In this document: positions 24,313 through 36,399 of the stretch, in pieces
How positions within the stretch are numbered: the first letter of the stretch is position 1
Layout: the number at the start of each line of letters is the position of its first letter
Assembly: GCA_040285825.1 (NCBI GenBank)
Contig: JAUPSS010000002.1
Span: forward strand, 3,720,001-3,784,000
Direction of reading: 5' to 3'
Length of the DNA stretch: 64,000 nt
From: Eukaryota sp. TZLM1-RC
Lineage: Eukaryota; Protista; Metamonada: BaSk clade
Notes under the pieces: model-generated
The model's database searches: none
Seen by the model: the letters and a program-made list of their open reading frames with translations, nothing else
Told to the model about the DNA's origin: nothing
Position numbers and translations under genes: made by a program

Positions 24313-27062
24313 AAAACTGGAATAATTATTGAGATAAAAAAACCCATCTAGAATTCAATATCCTCCAAACATGCGTCACTATTACTGAACCTACTTACAG
24401 CATTACGTTCATATTCTACACCAATAGCTAAAAGTGCCTTTGAAATCTTTGTTTGAATAGACTTGAAAATGCAAAAAACAATTCTATTTAACCACAAAGT
24501 GGAGTTCATTGTTTTATTAGACCTATTCAGTAACACTTTTTTGAAATTTTCAAAAAAGTGCAACCCTGAAGGTCCAATATTGCCAAAAAGAGAAATTGCA
24601 AACGGCACAAACTGATAATTCACATGTTCCACTCTACCTAACTGTGCCAAAGGTTCTTCATATTTTTTTATTTTCTTTTTTTCGGCGTTAGAAAACGGCG
24701 AGTCAGCGGAATACACTAAACGAGCAACAGAATTTTTGCAAACATCAACTGAGACAACATCTACAACATTGAGAACACCATCGATCCCTGGAGCTACTTA
24801 ATCTGCCCTTCTTTTACCAAAGGAATCATCAGTTTGATCTGAAGACAGCTTACGTACTAGTGGCTCAATAAATGCCTCTATATTGAAACTTTTGCACATG
24901 GCATATAATTGATCACGAACTGAGTCATGAACAAGTGAGCGGTTAGTTATAAAATACTTACAGTTTACAATATGGGAAAGCGTAACAACAGTCTTGCAGC
25001 GACAAATTAAATCATTTGGTAATGAACAAGGCCATAGAAAACATCTCATTCTCATTGCAGTGGTCCATTGGTGATCATTAAGTAGAAGGCCATAAATGTT
25101 GGGAATTTGGGAGATTAGGCAACTTGAGCAACTGTCTTCAAGATCAATCAAAAAGTTTGCAAAAACGGGATTTTTTTCCTTAGCCAAGCTGAGACGTACA
25201 ATATAATCCAAGTTTTCTAAAACTTTCAAGATTTTTTTCTGCAATTTTACAAAAGTCAGTGGTAAGGAGAGCAAGCTTCTTGAAGGAAGTTCCACAATAT
25301 CAGAGGGGAAACATTTAGTCCAAATATTGGGTGAAAGAGTTTCAATTTCCTGTTGCAATGAAATAAGATAAGAGCTACCGCAATTTTCAATGAGATGATT
25401 TTTTTCAGGAAAACGATTCACAAATTCAAAAATAAAATTCTTTCCACCTCCAATAAAGGCAGCTTTACAAAGGTAGCTTGATTTATGAAAATCAACACCG
25501 CCAAAATTTGTACCACAAAAAATGTGGCTTCGTAACTGAGATGCATCAATTTCCAATAATTTTGCTAAAAAATTGGTTCTTTGTTCATTAAAAATGCGAC
25601 AAAACTCCAAAGAAATTGATGGTGATGTTGATCTCAAAATATGAGTAAATTTTCCAGAATAACAGATTTTTAAGAAAAGAATTTCAAATATTTCTCAATA
25701 TTTAAATTTTCTATTGATTTTTATTTATTTATTGAATTTGCACACTTGATTAAATTAAATCATAACTAATGGGACGACTATCATTAAACCAAGATTTCCT
25801 CTACAAAATCTTGATTTGCTTGCTGTCTAGCTAAAGCTTCTCTAATTCGATTGAAAAACCGCGGTAATCTATTAATAATGGCAAATTGAATCCGTGAACG
25901 CCATAAAAAATATCAAATCTTTTCATTGTTTTTTCTTTCACCATTTTTTGGAAGTCATCCAAAAAGTTTCTGCTTCAACTGATAATCTTCCATTTATCGA
26001 AAATGGAAAAGCAATAAAAACCAGCTGTGTATTTCTATCGATATTTGCATCTTCAATTTCTTTATCATATTTTCTATGTTTTTCTTTTGCTTTAAAATCC
26101 AGAGCAGCCACAGGATTAAGTTTTTCTTCTGTGAACCAAAGTATCGTTTGCAACATTACATGAGACAAAGTCAACAATAGCTTCAGAATTATCAATCCAA
26201 TCACAGTATACATCACCTCTATCATCAGAACCAAAATTATTCAGAGAAAGTGTTTCTTTCAGCAGGGGCTCTTTGATACACGATATCCTTGCAGTTTGTG
26301 CCATATTGAAAACAGTGTCTCTAACAGCATCATGTAATGAAGAACGATAAGTTATCAATTTAGAGCAATTTAGAGCATGGCGCAAAAGTGAGTTGAGGTG
26401 AATTCGAACAAATACATTTTTCTTTTGATAATAATTGGTTAATGGGGATGTTCAAATATAATCTCATTTTTGTTACAAATGCTTCATTAGTAGCACACAA
26501 TCCAAATCTTCGTGGTACAATGGTTACAAAAAGTGAAGAATCTGACACCTTGTTTTCACAAACACCCTTTTCCAATAACAATGAGTGAAGATCTTGATTT
26601 AAAACAGCCGAGCTGCAAATATTATTATAAAGATCTTTTTCATACATTCCAGTCAATCTTTTTCTGTAATGTTCGAAGAGTGTACTTCAAATTTAAAACA
26701 TTTTTTTCTGGAATATTGCCATTGAATGATTGGGGAAAACATCGACCCCATTTTTCTACATCAATTCTTGAAATTTCTTCATTTAATGCAAAAACAGTGG
26801 AACTTTGCGTTGTCATCAATAAATCTTCCCAATCTGCAAATCTTTCGGAGAACTCAAAGATTGCATTTCTGCATCCACCAACAAAAGCACACGAGGTAAG
26901 AATAGAAGCCTTCGTCCACCCTAAACCACCATATTGTGGACTAAGGTAAGCATGATCTGGAATTTGAAACATTCCAGAATAACAGATTTTTAAGAAAAAG
27001 AATTTCAAATATTTCTCAATATTTAAATTTTCTATTGATTCTAATTCATTTCCAAATTGAGT
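24313..27062 (-). mobile_element. 5'-truncated family A1 copy interrupted by a nested family C insertion
   Basis: 24313-25719 and 26972-27062 are highly similar to 1860-3285. Confidence 0.9.
25720..26971 (-). mobile_element. 5'-truncated family C copy nested in the A1 copy, with a 68/69-bp duplication of the target
   Basis: CICSNSPQLT..HALNC..RSSLHDAVRD..DRGDVY..IVDFV..KHRKY. Duplicated flank at 25652-25719 and 26972-27040. Confidence 0.9.
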
Positions 27063-27189
27063 TCACAATATTGTGGAATTCTGAAATTCTGCTGGTTAAA
27101 ATTCTAAAATGAAAAAGTTGAAATTTACAGGATTGTTTAAAGTTTAAACATATACGAAAAGTAATATGTCATTACAAAAACATCCACCT

Positions 27190-27669
27190 TTAAGAGGTGT
27201 CCACAAAGACATTGACTTCATAGTGCTCTCTGTACCCCTTACAGGAACGTCTTTCCCTTTTGGCGTCCACGATCTCGCAATAAAAACTAACCAAGTAACC
27301 TCTTTCATCGATTCTGATGTCCATAATTATCTCTTCCTTGGGGTTGCCAAACATAGCTGGATTTAGATAGTGAAAGAAACAAACTGTGAGTAACCCAAGT
27401 TACTGTTGCAGTTGTCTTGTAATCACTCATGCTAGTGAAATGGTAGGTAGCAGTTGTGTCCGCAGCTATTTTACCAGGCCCTTTTCCTTTCCAAACAACT
27501 AAAATAAGATCGATATCAACAACTTACGGTCACCAGAAGATACTTTGGTCGTTGAGTAGTGAAAATCGTACCAAGAGTTTTCATTTCTGATATTCAAGGT
27601 GTAAACTGGATCACCACAGACAAGAGCTAGCAGTAAGGCTAGTAAGAGACAAAGAGAAAAATGGTTCAT
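27190..27669 (-). CDS. Small secreted protein of unknown function, 140 aa, 2 introns
   Basis: Signal peptide MNHFSLCLLLALLLALVCG. Removing GT-AG introns 27499-27527 (29 nt) and 27357-27384 (28 nt) gives a continuous 141-codon frame ending ..EVNVFVDTS*. Confidence 0.75.
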
Positions 27670-27727
27670 TGTTGGACAGGATTTTGGAGAAGATGTGTAG
27701 ATTGTTTTGAAGATAAAAAATTGTAAA

Positions 27728-28413
27728 TATTTATTGAACATGCACACTTAATTAAATTAATTCATAACTAATGGGACGACTATCATTGAACCAAGATTTC
27801 CTCTACAAAATCTTGATCTGCTTGCTGTCTAGCTAAAGCTTCTCCTATTCGATTAAAAAACTGAGGTAATCTATTAATAATGGCAAATTGAATCCGAGAA
27901 CACCATGAAACAATATCAAATCTTTTCATTGTTTTTTCCCGAACCATTTTTTGGAAGTCATTCAAAAGTTTCTGCTTCAACTGATAATCTTCCGTTTATC
28001 GAAAATGGGAAAGCAATAAAAACCAGCGATGTATTTCTACCAGCATTAGCTTCTTCAATAACTTTATCATATTTTCTATGTTTTTCTTTTGCTTTAAAAT
28101 CAAGAGCACTCACAGGATTAAGTTTTCTTCTGTGAACCAAAGTATCATTTGCAATATTACATGAGACAAAGTCAACAATAGCTTCAGAATTATCACTCAA
28201 ATCACAGTATACATCACCTCTATCATCAGTTCGAAAATTATTCAGAGAAAGTGTTTCCTTCAGCAGAGGCTCTTTGATATATGATATTCTTGCAGTTTGT
28301 GCCATAATGAAAACAGTGTCTCCAACAGCATCATGTAATGAAGAACGATAAGTTATCAATTTGGAACAATTTAGAGCATGTCGCAAAATGAGTTGAGGTG
28401 AATTTGTACAAAT
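27728..28413 (-). mobile_element. 5'-truncated family C copy
   Basis: ORF pieces 28416-27958 and 27980-27783, ending DFVEEILVQ*. Confidence 0.88.
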
Positions 28414-28620
28414 CAAAATTAAATTTCTGTTTCTTCATACCCCAGATCAGCCAAACAGAATTGACTGGAAGTTGTTCTTTTGTAAAACCATCCAAGGGAT
28501 GACAATGCAGAAGACGACAAGGGGACAACTTCCTTTAAGATTGCATATGCAATTCTGTTCTGCCAGAGTCTCATCAGAAACTTTTCCTCTACGGTGTTTC
28601 ACAATACTAACAAATGTTTT
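28414..28620 (-). mobile_element. Degraded 3' fragment of family D
   Basis: Reverse complement resembles 10215-10415. Confidence 0.65.
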
Positions 28621-28840
28621 TTAGTAACATGTTTTCTAATAAATTAAAATAAAATAAATAAAATAAAATTGTATAAAACAAAATTCAAAAATCAACCCAA
28701 CCCATTGACGCCCCTATGTGCTACTTTAAGGTAACTCTAGAGACCACATTCACGTGGATGATTACATTTATAGGAAAAGGGTATCTCCATAAGCATTGCG
28801 AAGAAATCTGACATGAAAATGAACTGACAGTTTTGCATCA

Positions 28841-29611
28841 ATGAAGTGCGAAAGTATATGTGCATTGATATGTGTTCTAAGCCTGGGTTTTGGTGTGGTT
28901 CCCATCATGGATTTGAAAACCTTTTCTGTAATGGAGACTTTAGCCCTTTTATTTTCCCTCATACCTGTGGGTTCTGCCTCCTGGATCATCAGAGCAAAGT
29001 TGCTCCACAACGGTTCTGTGCAGTGGAAGCCAATCCTAGTGGCAGCAATTGCAATGTTTGGAATCTTTATGGAACTTGTTCTTTGTTCACTTAAACTTTC
29101 CAATGTCGATCATATTGTGCTTTTTATTATAGGTCTGCTTCAGTTGATTGTTTTAATTTGTTTTGCGGTTTTGATGTGCCTTCTTCTACCCGATATGGTC
29201 CTCCCAGTTGTCCTTTCAGTGATTGGTCTTTTTATGACAACAGTATTGGCAGAAGTTTGGTATGGCCAACCAAATCACCAAATCAATGAACTCGATCACA
29301 AATTCAATGTCAAATTCAATGAACTCGATCACAAATTCAATGAACTCGATCACAAATTCAATGAACTCGATCACAAATTCAATGAACTCGATCACAAATT
29401 CAATGTCAAATTCAATGAACTCGATCACAAATTGGATCGATTGATCGAATTCATCAACGGTAGGACCCCAAAGCCGTCATTTGAAACAGAGGCACAATCA
29501 TTACTCGAACCTCTCTCTGACCTCTTGGACCGTCATAATCGAACAGTTCAAGACTTTGTACTAGTGTTTTCGCACTATACAAACAATAGTCTAGTTCATT
29601 TCACACTATAA
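28841..29611 (+). CDS. Multi-pass membrane protein with tandem-repeat coiled coil, unknown function
   Basis: About five hydrophobic segments followed by (F)NELDHK repeats. The 3' end may be incomplete next to the TE at about 29750. Confidence 0.6.
   Translation: MKCESICALICVLSLGFGVVPIMDLKTFSVMETLALLFSLIPVGSASWIIRAKLLHNGSVQWKPILVAAIAMFGIFMELVLCSLKLSNVDHIVLFIIGLLQLIVLICFAVLMCLLLPDMVLPVVLSVIGLFMTTVLAEVWYGQPNHQINELDHKFNVKFNELDHKFNELDHKFNELDHKFNELDHKFNVKFNELDHKLDRLIEFINGRTPKPSFETEAQSLLEPLSDLLDRHNRTVQDFVLVFSHYTNNSLVHFTL
29284..29433 (+). repeat. Coding tandem repeat: six 21-bp units (CAATGAACTCGATCACAAATT) and two 12-bp units
   Basis: Seen directly; encodes NELDHKF and NVKF. Confidence 0.95.
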
Positions 29612-29749
29612 AGAAAGAAACCGTATTATTCTTTTTACTTACATCAAAATTCTTGACAAGACACCTTCTAAAGATTACCCCTATTCGCAACTTTTACCAT
29701 CATCAAATGGAGTCTTCAAGGTTTCTTTCAAATACCTATTGACAGCACT

Positions 29750-30505
29750 GAATGTGCCTGATATTCAGCATGAATTACAAATAATTTTGGAAAAAGTGAA
29801 AATTGAACTTGATTCAATTTCTTCTTTAGATCTAGAAAAGCATATTAAGTTTTTTATGCTTAAAATTTGCTATAGTGGAAGAATAACCGACATTTTGAAA
29901 TTTTGTGATCCTTCCATAGCATTAGATTTTTGTCGATTTTATAATTCATTGAGAACAGAATTTTTTGCTCAATTATTGGATGTAAAGCCAGGAATGTTGA
30001 AAAATCACTTATTTTCGTCAGCAAATTTGGGTGGTGTTGGATTTACTAAATCTTCTATTATGTGTCAATATTCTATGCATATTCATATTTGTATATTCTG
30101 TGCATTTTTGGGGTGGATGCAAGAATTTTATTTATGATTTTTCTCGTAGATTTCCTGAAGATTCTCATTTGTTAGTTCCCAGTTGCAGGCCTTATTTAAA
30201 TGAGTTATCTCGTGAAGTCGATAGATTGCCTACATTAATCTGGACCAAATGTTCTTCCCAATCAATTCAAGAAATTCCCAACCAATCTCTTCTTTATTTG
30301 CAGTTTTGTTGCAAAAGGCTTTTTTTGAAAGCTTGGATTTTGATGGCCAAGAAAAGTAATCCCGCTTTTGCAAATCTTTTACAAGATATGTGTGATAGTA
30401 CATCTTCTGCCTCAGTAACAACAATTCTTCAAGTTCATGGCACTCTTTTGAGTAATTCTCACTGAACTTTAAATATGAGACTTCGTTCCCTTATCTGGTC
30501 AGACA
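29750..30505 (+). mobile_element. Degraded internal fragment of family B
   Basis: Homologous to 33705-34460 (LEKHIKFFMLKICY, SSANLGG). Confidence 0.85.
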
Positions 30506-31279
30506 AGGAAGTTTGTAACAAATACAAATCTGTTATCTCCTTGGATTTTGGCGTTATCCGACGTTTCCACAATTGTTTTTGCTCAGTTAAAGTTGGTACA
30601 GCAACTTTTGATATATCGAACATTACTTAAGCGTGATGAGGACTTCAATGTTGTAACTTTCAATCAACAATTATTATGTTTGATTCGAAACTGACAGCTT
30701 TTGATGGGTCCTGCTAATATTGGATGGCGAACTTTAATCAATTAATACACCGATTCACTACCATTTACATTGAGTTGGTAATGCTCACAAGTACTTTAGA
30801 AGGACTGATGAATCTTGTCAACGTGGACTAAAATTTAAAAGTGTATTGTCAAAACAATATATTCAGCAAGATTATTACCAATTAAAATGATTGAATCTGA
30901 GCTTTCAAGGACATGAAAAATCTTTATATAAGTGTTCATTTTGCACATCGGGAATCAGAAAATTAATTCTACAGCAAATCAAGTTTAGAGATTAAAAGCG
31001 GTTAAAGTCATTGAATCAAAATCTTCATACTGTAAATCGACTAAAACTGGAATTCGTATTTCCATCAATGCTATCTGTCAAATAACAAATAGACTGTTCC
31101 TTTTTGATTTTGAGTTGGCTTGTTCTGCTGAATCATTACGAACCTTCATAACGATTATGGTCATTGAACATCTTTTGTAATAGCCTTGATTTAAATCGAA
31201 TGATCTACCCAGTTACAAATGCCAACATTGTTTTAGTTTAGTGTTGTTACATGTTGCCACTTTTATTTATTTATTTTTA

Positions 31280-31487
31280 ATTTATTAAATTCAAAAAACT
31301 AAACACAAAAATTAAAATTCTAAATCTTCATATCCCAAATCAGCCAAAAAGAATTGACTGGAAGTTTTTCTTCATAGAAGCGACCAGATAATAAAGCAGA
31401 AAACAATAAGGGGACAACACCTTTGAATATTTGAAAATACATTTCTAATCTGCCAAAACATTTTGTTGAAAATTCTTCCTGTACGTT
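31280..31487 (-). mobile_element. 3' fragment of family D
   Basis: Matches 62290-62500. Confidence 0.75.
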
Positions 31488-31497
31488 CTATTACATC

Positions 31498-32729
31498 GTA
31501 TTTATTGAATTTGCACACCTAATTGAATTAACTCAATACTAATGGGACGACTATCATTAAACCAAGATTTCCTCTACAAATTCTTGATTTGCTTGCTGTC
31601 TAGCTAAAGCTCCTCTTATCCGATTGAAAAACCGAGGTAATCTATTAATAATGGCAAATTGAATTCGAGAACGCCATAAAAAATATCAAATCTTTTCATT
31701 GTTTTTTCTTGAACCATTTTTTGGAAGTCATCCAAAAAAGTTTCTGCCTCAACTGATAATCTTCCGTTTATCGAAAATGGGAAAGCAATAAAAACTAGTT
31801 GTGTATTTCTACCAACATAAGCTTCTTCAATATCTGTATCATAGTTTCTATGTTTTTCTTTTGCTTTAAAATCAAGAGCACTCACAGGATTAAGTTTTCT
31901 TCTGTGAACCAAAGTATCATTTGCAACATTACATGAGACAAAGTCAACAATAGCTTCAGAATTATCACTCAAATCACAGTATACATCACCTCTATCATCA
32001 GAACCAAAATTATTTAGAGAAAGTGTTTCCTTCAGCAGAGGCTCTTTTATACACGATATTCTTGCAGTTTGTGCCATAATGAAAACGGTGTCTCTAACAG
32101 CATCATGTAATGAAGAACGATAAGTTATCAATTTGGAACAATTCAGAGCATGGTGCAAAATGAGTTGAGGTGAATTTGTACAAATACATTTTTCTTTTGA
32201 TAATAATTGATTGATGGGGATATTCAAATATAATCTCATTTTTGTTACAAATGCTTCTTGAGTGGCACACAATCCAAATCTTCGTGGTACAATGGTTTCA
32301 AAAAGTGAAGAATCTGACGCCTTGTTTTCACAAACACCCTTTTCCAATAACAATGAGTGAAGATCTTGATTTAAAACACCCGAGCTGCATATATTATTAT
32401 AAAGATCTTTTTCATACATTCCAGTCAATCGTTTCTATAATGTTCGAAGAGTGTATTTTAAATTTAAAAGATTCTTTAGTGGAATATTTCCATTGAATGA
32501 TTGGGGAAAATATCGACTCCATTTTTCTACATCAATTTTCGAAATTTCTTCATTTAATGCAAAAACAGTGGAACTTTGCGTTGTCTTTAATAAATCTTCC
32601 CAAACGGCAAATCTTTCGGAAAACTCAAAGATTGCATTTCTGCATCCATCAATAACAGCACACGAAGTAAGAATAGAAGCCTTCATCCAACCTGAACCGC
32701 CATAATGTGGACTAAGATAGGCATGATCT
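31498..32729 (-). mobile_element. 5'-truncated family C copy
   Basis: ORFs 32428-31616 and part of 32830-32435; highly similar to 25720-26960. Confidence 0.9.
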
Positions 32730-35158
32730 TGAAACATCCTCAAGAAAATTTCAAGTGAAGCAAGTCTGAAATGTGTCCTTTTTGGATTGAAAATCCAATT
32801 ACTGCAATTGAAGTTCTTAAGGCTATTCAAAAATTACCAAAGGGGAAAGCAGCAGCCCCATCTGGAATTTCTTTTGATCTCTTAAAAATAGCGTGTTCCA
32901 GTGCTCCCGAAATTGCTGATGATCTAGCCCATTATTTTCAACAATTAATTGTTTTGAAAATTAATCGTCCATTTGAATTACTCGCTGCACGTCTTATTGC
33001 TTTAGTAAAGCCTGAAAACGGCATTAAACCTGATGGAATACGCCCAATTGCTGTTGGTGAATCTCTTTCTCGTTTGCTGGCATCAATTGTCTTCGATCGT
33101 GTCAAAGACAAAGCTTCTACATTTTTGAATCCTCATCATCTTGGAATCAAAACAATTGATGGTGCTTCTGTTGATGCTATTGCCTCTGATACCTTTTTTA
33201 ATGCAGAGGAAAATAATGTTATTTTTAATCTCGACTTCAAAAATGCTTTTAATTCTGTAAAGCGAGAAGCAATTTTTGAAGTTATTAAATCTGATTTTCA
33301 TGAGCTATCGAGTTTTTTCTACCATTTTTCTGGGAAAGAATCAGATTAAATTTTTAATTCATTTGGTCTTAAATCATCTTCTGGAGTGAAGCAGGGAGAT
33401 CCTTTAGGCCCATTATTGTTTTGTTTAACTATTCACAAAAATTTAAATATCATTAAGCAAAAATACCCTTCTATAAAAATAGTTGCTTATATGGATGATA
33501 AATCCTTGATTGGTTCATTTGATTTACTAGAATTGGTTGCTCAAGAAATTGCCGATTCATATGAAAATATTGGGCTTCATCTTAATGCCAGCAAATGTCT
33601 TCTGATTGGCTCTTCTGCTCAAGACCTCGTGATAAACGATTCTATTGTCCCTTTTACTAATTATAGTAGTGATGCTTTTAAGTTCCTTGGTTATTGGTTA
33701 GGAAACGTGCCTCAAATTCAGAATTAATTGTAAGTTATTTTGGAAAAAATGAAAATTGAACTTGATGCAATTTCTTCTTTAGATATAGAAAAGCATATTA
33801 AATTTTTCATGCTTAAAATTTGCTACACTGGGAGAATAACCCACATTTTGAGATCTTGTGCTCCTTCCACAGCATTAGATTTTTGTCGTTCATTTAATTC
33901 ATTGAGAACAGAAATTTTTGCTGATTTATTGGATGTTAAACCAGGAATGTTGAAAAGTCACTTATTTTCTTCAGCAAATTTGGGTGGTATTGGATTTACT
34001 AAATCTTCAATTTTGTGTCAATCAGCATTCTTGGGTGGTGGCAAAAATTTTATTTATGAATTTTCTCGTAGATTTGCAGATGATTCTCATCTGTTAGTTC
34101 CCAATTGCAGTCCTTATTTGTATGAGTTATCTTGTGAACTTGAAAAATTGCCGCCACAAATTTGGACCAAATGTTTTATTCAATCAATTCAAGAAATTCC
34201 AAACCGATCTCTTTTTAATTTACAGTTTTGCTGTAAAAAGCTTCAACAAAAATTGTCAAAGATTTTTGAAAGTCTAGAGTTTGATGTTAGACTTGGCTTG
34301 GCCAAGAAAAAGAAACCCGCTTTTGTAAATCTTTTACAAGATATGTGTGACAGTACTTCTTCTGCCTTAGTAACATCAATTCCTCAAGTTTATGGTACTC
34401 TCTTAACCGATTCTGCTTGGGCTCTAAATATGAGATTTCGTTCCTTTATCTGGCCTGATAATTTACCTCATAATTTAATTTGTATATGTTCTCGAGAAAT
34501 TACAACTACTCATTTGTTAAATTGCAAACATTTTATTACTTTTAGTAGCAAGGTTCATGATGCTGTAAGAGACTAGTTATAATGTATGTGTAAATCTCAT
34601 AGAATTGAATTCTTCTTGGAGCCTCTGTTGTCCAATCTGTTTAATATTGAAGATGATTTTCATAAGAATAATAGAGGTGATGTTATATTACCTGGATTAG
34701 ATGGAAGTTTCATTTTATTGGATGTAATGTCTCTTGATCCTTGTAATGCCTCAAATGAAAGGCTAGTTAATTCTGAAATTCATAATCCTCTTTCAAATGC
34801 TGAAAATTTCAAATTCAAAAAATACAATGAACCTTTGTCCAAATTGGCAGTCTACAGCATGCAAAATACAACTTGTATCCATTTGTATTTTACCTTTGTG
34901 GTTCACTTGCACCAACTGCTTTACGTTTTTTGGATGATTTTGAAATGATTGAAAAGAGAAGAACTGGCAGAAATTTCAACAGATTGTTTTGGCAAAATAG
35001 AAATGTGTTTTCTATTTTTAAGGGAATGTTGAAGATGGTTTCTGATGCTTTGCTTTCTCTTGGATCTCACTATGAGAGAGTTGCATCTAGTGTTTTTGTT
35101 CTGGGAGAGATGGATTTTTTAGATGTTGATTTATAGGTTTTGAATAAAATTAAAATTT
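32730..35158 (+). mobile_element. Long family B copy (RT plus RLE) lacking the N-terminal zinc-knuckle region, with premature stops
   Basis: HPQENF, GKAAAPSG, RPIAVGESL, LDFKNAFN, KQGDPLGP, YMDD, CCHC, RGD..LDV; ends EMDFLDVDL*. Confidence 0.92.
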
Positions 35159-35167
35159 TGGTCAAAA

Positions 35168-35368
35168 AGAAAAGATTTGATATTTTTTATGGCGTTCTCG
35201 GATTCAATGTGTCATAATTAATAGATAATTTCGGTTTTTCAATCGAATAAGAGAAGCTTTCGCTAGACAGCATGTAGATCAAGATTTTGAGAAGAGATCT
35301 TGGGTCAATGATATTCGTCCCATTAGTTATGAATGAACTTTATTAAGTGTTCATGTTCAATAAATATT
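35168..35368 (+). mobile_element. 3' fragment of family C
   Basis: Matches 61980-62180. Confidence 0.8.
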
Positions 35369-35485
35369 GCCAATACAGTTTACAAAAGCTAAACAACCAG
35401 TAAGGACATTCTACTTTTTGGTAACAAGGATGTTCCTCCCACCATACTACAAATAGGAACATCTGATGTTGATGCATTTACACTA

Positions 35486-36106
35486 TCAAAATCCCTTAAT
35501 TTTGGTAAGTTCTTCAAGCCATTGTAGCGGTTCGTCTAGTCCCTCTCCTGTAACAACCGAAACCTTCTATGATAAATACAATCAAAAATCATACAAAAAT
35601 CGGGATATCATCTAGTAAGATCTCTCTCAAGCATTGGCGAAGTTCTTGCTCATCTATGAAGTTCGAACAATCACATTTCTGCAATCAGTTGAGAGATTGT
35701 TATAACAAACATTCAGTAGTATGGAAACATATGGAGGCGCTGCCATTTTGAGAAAATCTTCCACTACAATGGCCCAAGAACAATAAACGCAGAGTACCCC
35801 ACATTTCTTGTCTTTGCAACACAATCGTTCTCTGTCAGCAGCATCAACTACAAAAAAGACTGCGAAGCAATCTGCAGTATAGTGACACCATAACCTCTTG
35901 ATCATACAACCACCTCCAACATCCCAGAACTCATACCTTGTGTGACCATAAGTGATAGTTTCGACATTGAACCCATTTGTTGGGAAGGTTTCGATAGAAA
36001 CACCTTCCTTGTATCGATATAGAAGTTTGGACTTACCCACGGCATCAAGACCTAATATGATAACTTTCTTAGTTGGTTTACTTTTGAAAAAAGAGAGGAA
36101 ACCCAT
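35486..36106 (-). CDS. Divergent Arf-family GTPase, 186 aa, 2 introns
   Basis: MG start, GLDAVGKS, PTNGFNVETI, WDVGGG. Splicing 35679-35710 (32 nt) restores NKCD; splicing 35567-35594 (28 nt) gives SVVTGEGLDEPLQWL. Confidence 0.88.
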
Positions 36107-36229
36107 CCAGCAGTAGATGGGATGATTTTCACCAGGGTCACAATTTATGTAAATCATCATTTCGCACCACTAAAATCACCATATTTTTCTTTGAATTTAT
36201 TTTTTTCTTTGTGTAGTGTGAGTTCTTTT

Positions 36230-36370
36230 CAAGAGTGCATCTTCTTTCTTTTTTTTGAGAGTTGTTTGATAACTCAAATTCCTCACCGATTTGGACTATT
36301 GCTCTCAGATATTCAATTTTTTAACAGTCATGCGAACCAAACTTAATCTCCACTTTACTTTAGTTCAGGT
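36230..36370 (+). mobile_element. Short internal fragment of an RLE retrotransposon (family unassigned)
   Basis: SCLITQIPHRFGLLLSD resembles SCLISQIPNIYGLLLND of A1. Confidence 0.5.
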
Positions 36371-36399
36371 TTGTTGTCTAGTTTTAAATTTTGTTATCA

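Noticed and set aside
29284-29433. Possible CRISPR-like array
   Set aside because: The units are contiguous with no unique spacers, are in frame within a CDS, and sit in a eukaryotic context.
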